Of a stretch of DNA of 64,000 bases, positions 1 to 13,071 are shown piece by piece. The stretch's first letter is position 1; each line of letters begins with the position of its first letter. Source of the stretch: Paraspadella gotoi. Taxonomy: Eukaryota; Animalia; Chaetognatha. Below the pieces are notes generated by a model that saw only the letters and a program-made list of their open reading frames with translations, had not been told where the DNA came from and did not search any database. The stretch spans positions 186,001 to 250,000 of the forward strand of contig JBJCIZ010000028.1 in the NCBI GenBank assembly GCA_051294375.1, read 5' to 3'. Both the position numbers and the translations under genes were made by a program.

Positions 1-706
1 ACATATATGAATCATTTATTGTGTTTCATATTACAAATCGCCATATTTAAAAAGATCTGACCAAAAATGGTCAGTCAGTCAATCAAGATGGTCCCTGAAG
101 TCACGCATCGAAGCAAAAGTCGATTGAAAGATTTTGTGACCTCGCGTCCGGTCATTTTTCCCTGGTCATTCCCTTAGTCACTTTTTTAGACCAGTCTTTT
201 CACCGTTCTACTTCTAGTCGCTTTCTTGTAACTTTCTTTTAGCCGAAAACTTCGTCACTTGTTATTCGATCATAATCTTTTCTCTGGAAAAGATCGGCTG
301 TATGGAACCGTAGTTTTTACGGAATCCAAGGATTTTCTACATGAACTTATTGTACTACATTTCGCCATTTATATACCTCTACAATAAATAAACTTATTCA
401 CGATTTATTCGTCATTTATTCGACATTTACGTCATTCGAGATTTAGAAAACCTTGCTCCATGTTAAAGCCAGTTTAACCTACAGCCGACGAATCGAACGC
501 GCGACCCTCGTGGCATAGAAAATAATAAACATTTTCTACATCGATGTTAAAACAGTTAACCTATCTGCACTTGTATATATACCCTATTCCTTATATTAGG
601 GCATTACAATTCTCTGAAAAACGTCTAATACGTATTACATTAAAATGAATTTCAAAGTCAAAGATTAACGACAACATTTAATGACTATGAAGCGGACATT
701 GATAAA

Positions 707-2929
707 TAAGGCGTTAGTGGAAAGTTACATACGAAAATTCTAAATGTCAATTATGAACAACATACCATCAGTAAACAATTTGTAAAAAAAATTAATTTTA
801 TGTTTTTTAATTTTCGCAGTAGGCTATATTTATATATAGTACTAACCTTTATAAAATCGAAAATTTTCAATAATAGGCTTTTCTTAATTCTGATTGCAGA
901 TTTGAATTCCTCATAAAAAAGTGTGATAAAAGAAAATATAAAATCATTTTTAAATTATTTCATTTAATGGGTTAAAAATTTAAAAAAAACTATATTTATA
1001 TAGGAATTAGCAGTATTCCGACAGAAACTTTTTATATTCTTTATCGGCCGAAGAAATACATAGGGAATTGAATTTCCAAAAAAAGCAAAGCTTTTTGAAT
1101 ATTATACTGTATGGGGAAAAATACTAAAAAGAAAAATTTTATTTTTTAAATATAAGTAATGTAAGGGTAAATCTAACTAAAAATCGAAAAAGAATCTTTC
1201 AAATAAGAAAAATATTGGAATAGTATAGAAAGCAATATTTCTTTTTATTGTTGCGCAAAAACTAGGCTTTCCTCGCAAAACCTCTGGTTACAGGAAATAC
1301 AAATGGATTTTCTCTCAACAAATTGATCATTAATGATTCCCAAAAATGATGCGCAAAAATGCGCCAGCAGCAGTTCTGGCGATAGTCATTTTATATCATC
1401 TTTCCTATTGTATATTAAGGCCTATGAATCATCAATATGTATGAAACTGATATAATATATTTATTATGATCTTAAGAATTATCATGCCTTTTTTCTGCCT
1501 ACAACATTTCCTCCTTTGCTAAATATACATGATACCTATAATTATTATAATGGGTAATATCTTTATTTATAGTCTTTTTTTTAACTAAGTTCAAATATAA
1601 ACCTAAAGAACCATTGTTGATCCACAATTTCTGATACTTTTAATACAATTGGTCCACTGAATTTTACGTGGTGTATCTTTGTTTTTTTTTTATCAATGAT
1701 TTGAGATTTATTTTCGGTATGCGTTTTTTCTTTGATTTTAAAGAATCAAAACCGAAAAATAATCGACTTAGAATCGGAGATTGTATAAAAATAAAAGAGA
1801 AAGGAAAAGGGAGGAAAAGGAAAGAGATGAGGGGATAAAGTGGCGCAGTTTTACGTCAATTTACGCCATTCTACGCCAAAGCATCTTAACTTAATAGCTT
1901 TATTTGGAAAATGAAAAAAAGTTTTTACGCCACAAAATTAAATGATATTAATATGGTTTTCTGTTCATTTTACGCCATTCTACGCCAAACCTGTATAAAA
2001 AAGGCCGGAAAAATATTTAAATCAACTTAACTGTGTAGTTTTTACTAGAAAATAAACAAAAAGTCTTTACGCCACATCACGAAATCATATGCTTAGATTA
2101 GGTTTAAGGTCATTTCACCGCACAATTTTTACGCCACATTTTTTTTTTTCTAAATTTAAATATAGACATTTACAATTTTTAACTTGATATATTGTTAAAA
2201 AATTTTGTTTTTATTTTTTTTTTTTGTTTTTTGCTAAAGCAAAAATTCATACACGTGCAAATCTTATTAAGTGTAGGAAAATAATACGTTTTTGGTGTAA
2301 TTTTTACACCACACAGCGGCCAACAAACACGTAAAAAAAAAGAAATCAAATCTGAATCCAATACTATATGTATTTTTAATTAAAAAAAAGCGTTTTCAAA
2401 AAATTTTGTTGAATATCCTTGACAGCAGTAAGGAGACAGAAACGTTACTCCAAATTGACGTAAATCAGTTGGCGTAAATCAAATCTTTAAAAGTAAAACT
2501 TGAAATTAACGATTAAAATACACTTCATTAGGCTTAATATAAGGTTTAAAACCATCGAATGAAGAAAATCAGTATTTTTTAAATTTTTGTGCAACACCCT
2601 ATTTAATATATAAAAAGTTAATTTTCAGCTTAAAATATAGCTTTTTCTAATTTTTGACCCACTTAATGAAGGAATTTTTCAAAAAGAGTTATATTTCTTT
2701 TTATCAACTTTTTATGACGAATTCAAATCTGCAAAAAAATCTTAGAAAAAACCTTTTTGAAATTTTAACATTTATTGGTTTAGTACTAGTATAAATATGG
2801 CCTACTGCGTAAATTGTAAAGTTTATTATAAATGTTTTTATTACATAAATGTTCATTAGTATAATGTTGTTCGTTCCTCACTTTTAGAATTTTAATTAAA
2901 GTTAAATTTAGAAATTTTACTACGCCTTA
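707..2929. mobile_element. Non-autonomous DNA transposon with long imperfect TIRs and 8-bp TSD (hAT-like, P not excluded)
   Basis: Ends TAAGGCGT...ACTACGCCTTA; ~300-bp related inverted arms; exact TSD TTGATAAA at 699-706 and 2930-2937; no intact ORF. Confidence 0.85.
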
Positions 2930-3289
2930 TTGATAAATGATTCAAGAAAAAGAGAAGGAAGACAACGACGACAACGACGACGATGATTTATTCAATCCCA
3001 TAATTTTCCTGTTCTGTCTCCTGTCCTGTCTCTCTCTCTCTCTCAAAAAAAAATCCAGAGTGACGAGTTACTCATTAAACAAATAAAATATTGAATAAAT
3101 TAAATGAAGAAATAGATAAATTAAGTAATACCTCAATCTAACGATATACCAATCAAGCAATAAATTATAAAATAAATCGATCGAAAGATCAAAACAATAG
3201 ATGAGAAAGTTGAAAATCTTATTAATTTCTAAACCTGAATATGACCTCAAATTTCATAAACAGTACGTAAATTTCTGAATCTTCCCAAC

Positions 3290-6200
3290 CTGAATAGATC
3301 CTGAATCTCCTGAACTGATGGATCCTTGACCTCGGCTTGATTCCAACACTCGCCGAAACTCGCGCCGATCGAATTGCAATCGTCGAAATCGCAAATGTAT
3401 TCGGTGCACTTATCTGGGTTGTTCTTTACTGAAATTTGTAAGGGGGGGGGAGAGAATGAGAAGGGAAAGAGAGTGAAGAAAATCCCCTCATTATTCGTAT
3501 CATCTTTAGGGTCGTTTTTCTTTCTCTCTCTATCTCGGCCCGTTTTTGGACGTCGGTCATTTTTTGAACCTTACTTTCATAATTTTTTTGTGATCGACTT
3601 TTCAGTCGTTTTTAGAACCACTCCTTGAAAACTCGTTGCTCGTCTGGAAACCGTTATTTTTACGGGTTTTCGCGACTTATTTTTTGTCACGTTATAGTCA
3701 CGTATTTGCCACGTCTGTCACCGAGAATAAACGTTTAGACTTTTGGTAAATTCTCGTTTTACACTCAGCGCAGATAAAGTCGGCGAGACTCTTGTCAAAA
3801 CCATTTTTTGGACGAGCGACTCTGCAAACGAAACGCCCGGACCGCAAGCAGTCGAGACAGAAGTTCTCTACAGAGAGGACAAATAAAGGAACAATGTTTT
3901 TCCAAGAGTGCTGAAAAAAATCAAGCTAATTCCGAAATTTAAAATAAAATGGGGCATTCTGGGAAAAATGAGGCCGGACAGGGGTGAAAAGCAATAATTC
4001 TTGATAAGAGATTCAAAAGTCTGTTGATAATTTTATGTAGCCTCTATTATTTATGCATCTTTTTATTCTCCTCATTAAATTTTTTTAAAAAATACGTTAA
4101 GACTTAAATTGCGCATTGGCTGAAATGAATTCAAAGCATTAATTATCTTTCGAGGCACTCCTTGGAACAATTATCTTTGAATAATTAATTCTAAGCTCCC
4201 GAATATTTTTTTTTTTGACGTGGAAAGAAAAAAAAAGTTTTAATTACAGCGCGAAAGTGTAAAACAAGTTTCTGCTTATTCAACTTTTGGGGAGGAATTC
4301 AAACTTGCCATCAAAATTAAGAAAAAGCCCATTTAGAAATTTTTAGATTTCATAAGGATAGTATTATATATAAATATATAATAAATATATAATTGAAGGA
4401 GAGAAAGATTAGAAGGGAGAGAGAAAAGAGGGAGATGAAGGGAAGGGGGAGTGAAACAGAGAACAAATAACAATAACAATAAAAATTAACAAATTAATAA
4501 TAATAACATAGAGAAAATACTAGTCAAAGATTCTTGTTTTTTAATAATATGGGGAAATAGGGTATATTAAAATTAATACTTATTAAGTATCGGGCTGGAT
4601 TTTATAACATAAAACATGAAAAAAATTTACTATTTTATCTATAGAATCAAAATACGTGGAGTCTTAAATTGCGCATTCCTCGAAACTATTCATTATTTTT
4701 CAAACCACTCCTCGGAGCAATTAACTTTAAGCAATTAAATTTTAAGCTGCAGAGTTATTCCGACGTTGGAAGAACAAAAATGTTTTAATTACTGCGAAAA
4801 AAGTGTAAAACAAGTTTTTGCTAATCGCGAAGCTTGTGTAGAATTGTATGGGTTGAGGAGGATGGAGAGACAGTGAGAGAGAGAGAGAAGAGATGAGAGA
4901 GGGAGGGAGAGAGAGAGAGAAAGACGAGCAGAGAGAGGATAGTTCGCTGGTTAGTAAAATGTGTGAATTGAGAGAATGGAGAGACAGTGGAGGAGAGAGA
5001 GAGCGAGAGAAGAGAGAGAGATAGTTGCTCGGTTTACGTAAATTGTCTGGGAATTGATGAGAATGGAGAGACAGTGCGAGGAGAGGAGAGAGAGAGAGAG
5101 AGAGAGAGAATAGAAAGAGGGAGGAGACAGAGAGAGAAGAGAGAGAAGAAAGAATGACGAGAGATAGTTGCTGGTCTTAGTAATCTGTGGATTGAGAGAA
5201 TGGAGGACCAGCTGGAGAGAGAGAAAAGAAGAGAAAGAGAGGGAGAGGAGAGAGAGAGAGAGATTAGTTGCTGGTTTAGTAATGTGGGGAATGTGAGAGA
5301 AAGAGAAATCAGGAGACAGTGGAGCAGAGGAAAGAGAGAGAGAGAGAGAAAGAGAGGGAGGGAGAGAGAGAGAGAAAGAGAGAAAAGAGGATGACGAGAG
5401 ATAGTTTCGTCGGTATTAAAGTAATTGGATGGAATTGATGAGAATGGAAGAGACAGTGGAGAGGAGAGAAGAGAGAGAGAGAGAGAGAGAGATAGTTGTC
5501 TGTTTACAGTAATGTGTGCAATTGAGAGAATGGAGGAGACAGTGGAGAGAGAGAGAGAGAGAGAAGAGAGATGAAGAGATATGCTGGGTTAGTAGTAATT
5601 GTGGAATTGAGCGAAGAATGGAATGGAGGACAGTGGAGGGAGAATGATGAGAGAGAGAGAGAGAGAGGATTGCTGTTAGTGAGAGGAAGAGAGCAGGGAA
5701 AGTGCAGAGGTAGGTAGAGAGAGAGAAGATAGAGGAGGAGGAGAAGAGCGAGAAGAGAGAGAAGAACTGAGAGAATGAGAAGACTAGTGTGCTGGCTTTT
5801 AGTAATTGTGTGGACATTAGAGAATGGAGAGACAGTGGAGAGAGAGAGAGAGAGGAGAGGAGGAGATACGTTGTCTGGTTTAGTAATTGTTGGAATTGAG
5901 AGAATGGAGACAGTGGAGAGAAGAGAGAGAGAGGAGAAAGAGAGAGATGATAGTTGTGTTCTGGTTTAGTAATTGTGGGATTGATGAGTAATGGGGATCA
6001 GTGGAGAGGAGAGAGAGAGAGAGAAGAAGCAGAGACAGAGAGGGAGAGAGAGAGAGAGAGAGGAGAGATATTTGCTGGTTTAGGAAGTTGTGGAATTGGA
6101 GAATGGAGAGCAGTGGATGGGCTGAGAGAGAGATAGAGAGAAGATAGTTGGTTGCTGGGCTTATAGTAAATTGTGGATAATGACGAGAATGAGAGACCAT

Positions 6201-7806
6201 GGAGAGGAGAGAGAGAGAGAGAGAGTGATTGGAGGAGAGAGAGAAGATAGGGAGGAGGTGAGAGAGAGCGATGAGAAGAAAGTCGAGAGAGAGAAAGAGA
6301 GAGAGAGAGCGAGTTGCTGGTTTAGTAAATGTGGAATTGAGGAATGGAGGACATGGGAGAGAGGAGAGAGGAAGAGATGTGCTGGTTTGTAATTGTGGAA
6401 TTGAAGAGCAATGGAGAGACCGTGAGGGAGAGAGAGAGAGAGAGACGAGATTCGAGGTGAAGAGATGAGAGAGAGAGAGAGGAGAGAGAGACGAAGATAT
6501 TGCTGTGTTTCAGTAATTGTGTGGGACATTGGAGGAGAGAATGGAGAGACAGTGGAGGGAGACTGATGAGAGAGAGAGAGAGAGAGACGAATTAGTTTAG
6601 CTGTCTGGTTTAGTAATTGTGGAATTGGAGAATGGAGAGACTGGAGAGAGAGAGAAAGAGAGGAGGGAGAGAGGAGGAGAAGAGAGAGAGAGAAAAGAGA
6701 GAGAATGAGAGATAGTTGCTGGTTTAGTAATTTAATTGTTGGAATTGAGAGAACAAGCTGGAGAGACCAGTGGAGGAGAGAGAGAAGAAGGAGAGAGAGA
6801 GTAGTTGGCTGGGTTAGTATTGTGGGAATTGAGGAATGGAGAGACAGTGGAGAGGAGAGAGATGAGAGAGAGAAAGAGAGGGAGGGAGAGAAGAGAGAAA
6901 GAAGAGAGAAGAGAAAGAGAGAAGAGAGAATAGTTTGCTGCGATTTAGTACATTGGGGGAATTGAGAGAATGGAAGACGTGGAGAGGGAGAAAGATGAGA
7001 TGCGAGAGAAGAGATAGTTTGCCTGTTTAGTAATGTATGGAATCTTGAGGAGAATGGAGAGACAGTGCGAGAGACACGAGAGAGAGAGAGAGAGAGAGAG
7101 AGATGAGAGGATAGGTTGCTGGTTTATGTTATATTAGTGAGGATCGACCGCGAGAATGGAGAGACAGTGGGAGAGGAGAGAGGAGAAGAGAGAAGATGAT
7201 CAGTTGCTGGTTTAGTAAATTGTGGAATTGAGAGAATGAGAGGACAGTGGCGAAGGAGAGAAGAGCGGAGGAGACGTAGGAAGAGAGAGATGAGAATAGT
7301 TGCTGTTTAGATAATTGTGGAATAGAGAGAATGGAGAGACAGTGGTGGAGTAGAGAGAGAGAGGAAGAGATGGTTGCTGGTTCTTAGTAATGTGATTGAA
7401 GAGAATGGAGAGACAGTGGGAGATGAGAGAGAGAGATGAGAGAGAGCGAGAAGAGGAGAGAGAGAGCATAGAGAGGGAGGGAGAGGAGAAGAGAAAAGAG
7501 AGAGAGAGAAAGAAGAGAGAGAGAGAGCTAGTTGCTGTTTTAGTAAATGTGGAATTGAGAGAATGGGAAGAAGACATGAGTGGAGGAGAGAGACGACAGA
7601 GAGAAAGATATCTGCTCGGTTTATAGTTAACTGCGTGCGAATTGAGAGAATGGAGAGGACAGTGAGAGCTGTAAGTGGAGAGAGAGAAGAGAGGGATATA
7701 GAGAGAGTCGAGAGAGAGGAGGAGAAGAGTACGAGCGAGTAGTTTGCTGGTTTAGTAATTGTGGGAATTGAGAGAATGGAGAGACAGTGGAGGAGAGAGA
7801 AGAGAG

Positions 7807-7844
<38 letters not shown>

Positions 7845-8053
7845 CGAGAGACGAGGAGAGAGAAAGATAGAGAGAGAGAGAGAGAGAGCGAGCTTACCTA
7901 CCCAATTCAAAAAGCGAAGTATTAAAGGCGTTTCGATATCTTTTCTGAATAAATTTGGTCATGTTATTGAGCCAAGTGACTATGTTGCTGTGATTTGTAT
8001 TGCAGGCGAGATTGCGTCCGTAGCGATCCTGATGGGAGGGAAAGAAGAAAGAA

Positions 8054-8086
<33 letters not shown>

Positions 8087-9634
8087 GAGAGAGAGAATGA
8101 TAGGAAATAAAGAGAAATATTGTTTTTTTCAAAATTAATTCATAATTTAATTCCAAACTTTTTACTCAATTCCTGAGTATCTAGTGAACTATTTTTTATC
8201 ACAAAATCCCTCACTAGATTCTCCCTCTCACAAAAGGGTCTCACGTGAGTCTTGTTCACGGGCGATGCATCCGCCAGATAAATGTCCATCTTCTTATCGC
8301 CCATTTTTACTTCCTGATCGATAACATTAAACAACCAATTAATTAGATAATAATGTTAAATAAAAAATAACTTTTAAAATTACATCAATAATTGAACTTA
8401 GTTACTTAAAAATAAATTATTCATAAATTAGTCATAATATGTTAACTTTTTGAATCAAAATAACATCTATTATTAAATTAAGCAACATTATTTAAATTCA
8501 TATAAATTTATTTTAATTATAGGAATGTTTAATCACATTCTATTTGACTCTTATAATTAAGGATTACTACAACAAACTCATCTACGCCTACAAAAACAAC
8601 AAAATCCGCCCCAAGAAATTCCCTCCAACAAAGACCTGTGTACCGCACCAACTAATACTCCAGCTCCTAACATACCGAATCCACAAACGGGTCCAACAAA
8701 GACAACATCCTTACTAACTATGAACCCTATATCGTTCAACAGCCCCATCAAGACTTTTCACAACTCCAGCCACCTTGAGAAAGAGAACGCTGCACAGAAG
8801 TTGGGTCAGCTGAACTTCGGACACGACTGTCGTCTCCACGGTGTCAACGTCTTGCTGTTGGATGTTGTTGTCGTTTTTAGTTGCGCCGTTTGTACTCCCG
8901 GACCAACTCTATTAGTCACTTTTTGGTTTGTTTTCGTCGGTCGGTCGGTATATCTGTTCGTCGGTCTGTCCCACTTACATTAAAATTGCATAGAATTCCC
9001 CTATAATTACTCGCTTATTTGTTCAGACAGGAAAAAACCTAAAGTTTAAGGGACTGCTAGCGCCGCCTTCAAGAAATCCTAAAACTATAAAAAAACAAGA
9101 TGTTATTCCTATGCAGTGTGTGTCTTAGAAAGTTATTGTAGTCATGTAGTCATGTCATGTTACATCATGTCATGTCACGAGAAATACACGTAATAAGGCA
9201 GTTACTGCGGCGCAACACATTTGAATAAGCGTTCTTGTTATTTATTAATATTCTTTTTATAGTCGGAATTATTGTTGTTGCTGTTTTAATTGTTGTCATT
9301 ACTTTTTATGTCGTTACTTTTTGTTTGTAGTAGTCGTTGTTAATACTTTATGAAATTGGTACAACCAATATAAAAATCAACCAGTCTTTTAATAAATAAG
9401 CTATCTTGTCATACAGTAGAGAAATTCAGAAATTCATCTGTTCTCACCAAGCACTATATTCGCGATACCTGCATGGGCAACGTGGCGGCATCGGCGTCGA
9501 TGTTTGCATCTGATTCGTGATCCAAACCGCGCGTTGACAACGAAGACCCTCGGCGGTGGCGGTCGGAAGGAGGAGGAGGAGGAGGAGGAGAGGAGGAAGA
9601 GCGAGGACTTCTTCCCTTGAATAGTTAAGGTCAT
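3290..9634 (-). CDS. Tentative multi-exon Cys-rich secreted protein (three-finger/Ly6-uPAR-like motifs)
   Basis: Phase-compatible exons 8774-8854, 8245-8313, 7902-8028 and 3290-3413 (DKCTEYICDFDDCNSIG...). Candidate leader exon 9469-9634 needs a frameshift and its junction phase is unresolved. Possible further exon at 479-535. Confidence 0.45.
4858..7889. repeat. GA-rich compound minisatellite
   Basis: Unit GAGAATGGAGAGACAGTGG-(AG)n-ATAGTTGCTGGTTTAGTAATTGTGGAATT repeated roughly two dozen times, with noisy indels. Confidence 0.92.
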
Positions 9635-9854
9635 TTTCTTTTATATTAGTTTTTTTTTATTTGTTTAAATTTATATCCTCTTTTGATATATTGACTATTT
9701 TTTTTAGTTTACTCCTATCATTATTTTTGTTTGTTTAGCTAATTTAATTTAACATATAAATAAGATTAGGATTAGTTTGTTATAATCGTATCAGGCTTCA
9801 TCGAAATTACGAATATTATATCCGAGATTTACAATAACTAACTCATATCATCAC

Positions 9855-10469
9855 TAAGGCGTAGTTTAAAATTCCATAATAGTTACTAACTTTTTAATTA
9901 ATTCTAAAAGTGAAGGAACGATCCAACATGGTACTATACTTGATGAACATTTTATTGTATAAAAAAATTTATTAATAAATTTTACAATTTCGCAGTAGGC
10001 CATGATTATTATACTAGTACTAAACCAATAAATGTTAAAATTTCAAAACAGTTTCTTCAAGATTTTTTTGCAGATTTGGATTCGTCATAAAAAGTTGATA
10101 AAAAGAAATACAATTCTTTTTGAAAATTCCTTCATTAAGTGGGTCAAAAAATTAGAAAAAGCTATATTTTAAGCTGAAAATTAACTTTTATATATTAAAT
10201 ATAGTTTTTTTAATTTTTAACCCACTTAATGAAAATAATTTTTAAAAATGAATTATATTTTCTTTTATCAACTTTTGACGAGGAATTCAAAATTAAGAAA
10301 AGCCTTTTTGAAATTTTTCGATTTTAAAGGATAGTACTATATATAAATATAGCCTACTGCAAAAATTAAAAAACATAAATTATTTTTTTTTACAAATTAA
10401 TGTTCACTTATGGTATGTTGTTCATAATTGACTTTTAGAATTTTCGTATGTAACTTTCACTACGCCTTA
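9855..10469. mobile_element. MITE, internal-deletion derivative of the 707-2929 element, in opposite orientation
   Basis: TAAGGCGTAGT...ACTACGCCTTA; exact TSD ATCATCAC at 9847-9854 and 10470-10477; halves are reverse complements of ~2600-2929 and ~707-1000. Confidence 0.88.
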
Positions 10470-12780
10470 ATCATCACAGTAGCGACGAAATGAGCACCAA
10501 CAAAGATTTTTATTTACATACATGTATACGATTGTTAATTACGACATATAAATAAGAATTATATGTTAATTTTTAACCAGCGAACATTTTTGAATGTAAA
10601 TCTTAATCATTTAAATTCTTAATTAAACCTTAATCTTTAATCTCTAATCGCTAATATGTAATCTCTTCAATAATTTCTTTAAGCCGTGAACTAACCTAAA
10701 CCTTGCCAAGCCGCTATCCCTTTTCGAGTTTTGCCGTAAGCCGATATAACCGAAAGCTTCTTAGTTGCTAAAATCTCCGTGGGAAAAGCTGAAAGCCTCA
10801 ACATCATTGGACAAGAAACAGGAAGAGAACTTGTTTCTTGTTTTGTTTTTTTGTTTTCAGTTGAGTTTTCTTCTATTGAGTAAAATCTGAAGTTTATAAA
10901 AATTCGCTACGAAAGGAGAATTCAAATCGCAAAGTTTTTAGGGAGATTTTTTTTTCCACATTTAATAAACTAGACTTATTTTTTAACGGTACTATATTTA
11001 ACAATTAATATCTGTACTGTTTTTCTCTACAAGTTTCATTTTTGACGAGTAATGTAATGTAATGGAAAGTAATGTAATGGAATTACCGTTCAAAAGTATC
11101 ATATTCTAGCTTTTTACTATATATAATATAATGAACGATTTTCTTAACCATACGATTTTCAATCGCGTGATTATTTATGAACCTAACCTAAATTAGCTTA
11201 TGAAAAAAAAAAACTAGGTGCTTGACATTTTTAGTTTATTCTATTCGAAGGTCGCGAAAAAGAGCCAAAAAAAATGCAATGAATCAAATTTTGATTTAAT
11301 TATTTTTTTCTTAACTTTGACAAACAAAATTCGAAAGTTAATAAATTAAAAAAAAATATAAAAGTCATGGAACGGATATCATTACGAATGTGAAGGATAA
11401 AAAAAAAAAATACTGGATGGAACCAAATGTGTAAACTACAAATTAAAACGAAATTACAAATTAATAAACATTAGTAAACTAAAAATTTTTCCCCCCTCGT
11501 TTCCCAGCTGGTTTTAAATTATAAGGTACAAGCCGTTATATATGCGTATACTATCAATGGAATAATGTTTTTTAAAAAAAATATATAATCGGGACGAAGT
11601 ACGGAAAATTAAAATTTAAAACAAAGTGAAATGTAAGGATCGTAAATAATATCACTGTTTTTCATAATATGTACACACGCAATACACGAGTATAAAAAAA
11701 CATAGAAAATGAGAGAGATTAATTGTGTCCAAAAAAAAAAGAAACTTTGTGTTTGTCACATGTAAATGTAACTTTCATGTCACATCCTATTAAAAAACGA
11801 GAACGAGAGAAAAAGTACAATTATATCCACCACGAGGTGACATACAGAGAACAATAAACAATTTTAGTGTCAAATACAGTAATGTTCTTTTTAAGTACAA
11901 ATAATTTTGACCGCAGGATGGCTTGATATTTAAAGCTTTGACACGGAGGCTTTTTTGATAAATGCGCATGACTAAGTTATATATATATTTACTAAAAAGC
12001 GCATGCCGATACTTTAGTGCTTTCTATTTATTAAACTCTAAAATGAACTTAAAAAATTCTACGAAATAACAATTACATCTCGATTGTCTTTTGTTCCAAA
12101 AAAAAAGGAAACGAAACTCTAATCTTCGTAACAGCGACGGCCGTCGGAGGCCGCCACCCGTCTCCGCCTAACGAGGCAGCGGAAGGCTGATGCGGAGGCC
12201 AGCCCCCGCCGCGGCTGGCTGCGGCCGCCGCTGCACGATAAACGGCAGAAGCGAGAGAAGCGACGCGGACAACAAAAGACGGAGAGAGACCGGTGGAGAC
12301 GCGGAGCGGGAGAAGTGGGCGAAACGACGCTAGAAACAAATGAACAGTTCCGAAGTCTTTGCGTTTCGTTTATACTGATTTACAGAATTATAAGAGATAC
12401 AAAGGAGGAATACTTAATATTTGGAATTGACTGCTAATGTTTTGTTTTGGTAATTGTTTAAAAAAATTAAATTAAAAATTGTCGATTTTTGGCGCGTTAC
12501 ATTTGTTTTTTTAAAACGAAACACGAACGTGCAGGGGGAAGAATGAGTTAAATTGAGGCTAATTTTTTTTTTAATTGATTAAATCAAATTTTTAGGGGGC
12601 AATTTTGCGTACATTATTTATTGATAATTATCCAACGCGGAAAACGTTTCGCGTTCGACTTAGTCGATAAAGTTTTGTAGTTTTTTTAGTGGAAACCAAA
12701 ACAAAAACAAAATTTTCTGATTTTGTTTTGTGTTTTTTTTTTAATTACCGAAGATTGTGTTTTCACTTTTACGGCGTCTT

Positions 12781-13071
12781 TTATTTATTTATTGTTGTGT
12801 TTTTTTTTTGGTTTTTGTTTGTTTCTTTGTTTCTTTTCTGTTTTTTTTTTTTTTTTTTTTGGTGGGGAGACAATCGAAACCGCAAGCGAAACGCTTTCCG
12901 TGCAACGCGACCTCGCCGCGAACGTGACCACGCCACGCGAGCTACCACGCCACAAACGTGACCACGTGACGTTGGCGTCGACGAGAAACGAATCGGGATT
13001 TTTTTTTTTTTTAACGCCATCGACAGAAGATGAAGGAAAGTTTCTACGTCGACGTGGTGACCGTTGGAGCA
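12781..13071 (-). CDS. Probable terminal exon: degenerate second EF-hand
   Basis: cag|CSNGHHVDVETFLHLLSMALKKKK...; phase 0; VDVETFLHLL resembles an EF-hand exiting helix. The stop position is uncertain because the frame runs through poly-A tracts. Confidence 0.65.
   Translation of the reverse strand, partial: CSNGHHVDVETFLHLLSMALKKKKIPIRFSSTPTSRGHVCGVVARVAWSRSRRGRVARKAFRLRFRLSPHQKKKKKKQKRNKETNKNQKKNTTINK

Noticed and set aside
4858-7889. CRISPR-like repeat/spacer pattern and many ER- or SL-rich ORFs
   Set aside because: Spacers are (AG)n microsatellite, the context is eukaryotic with no cas genes, and the ORFs are translations of low-complexity repeat.
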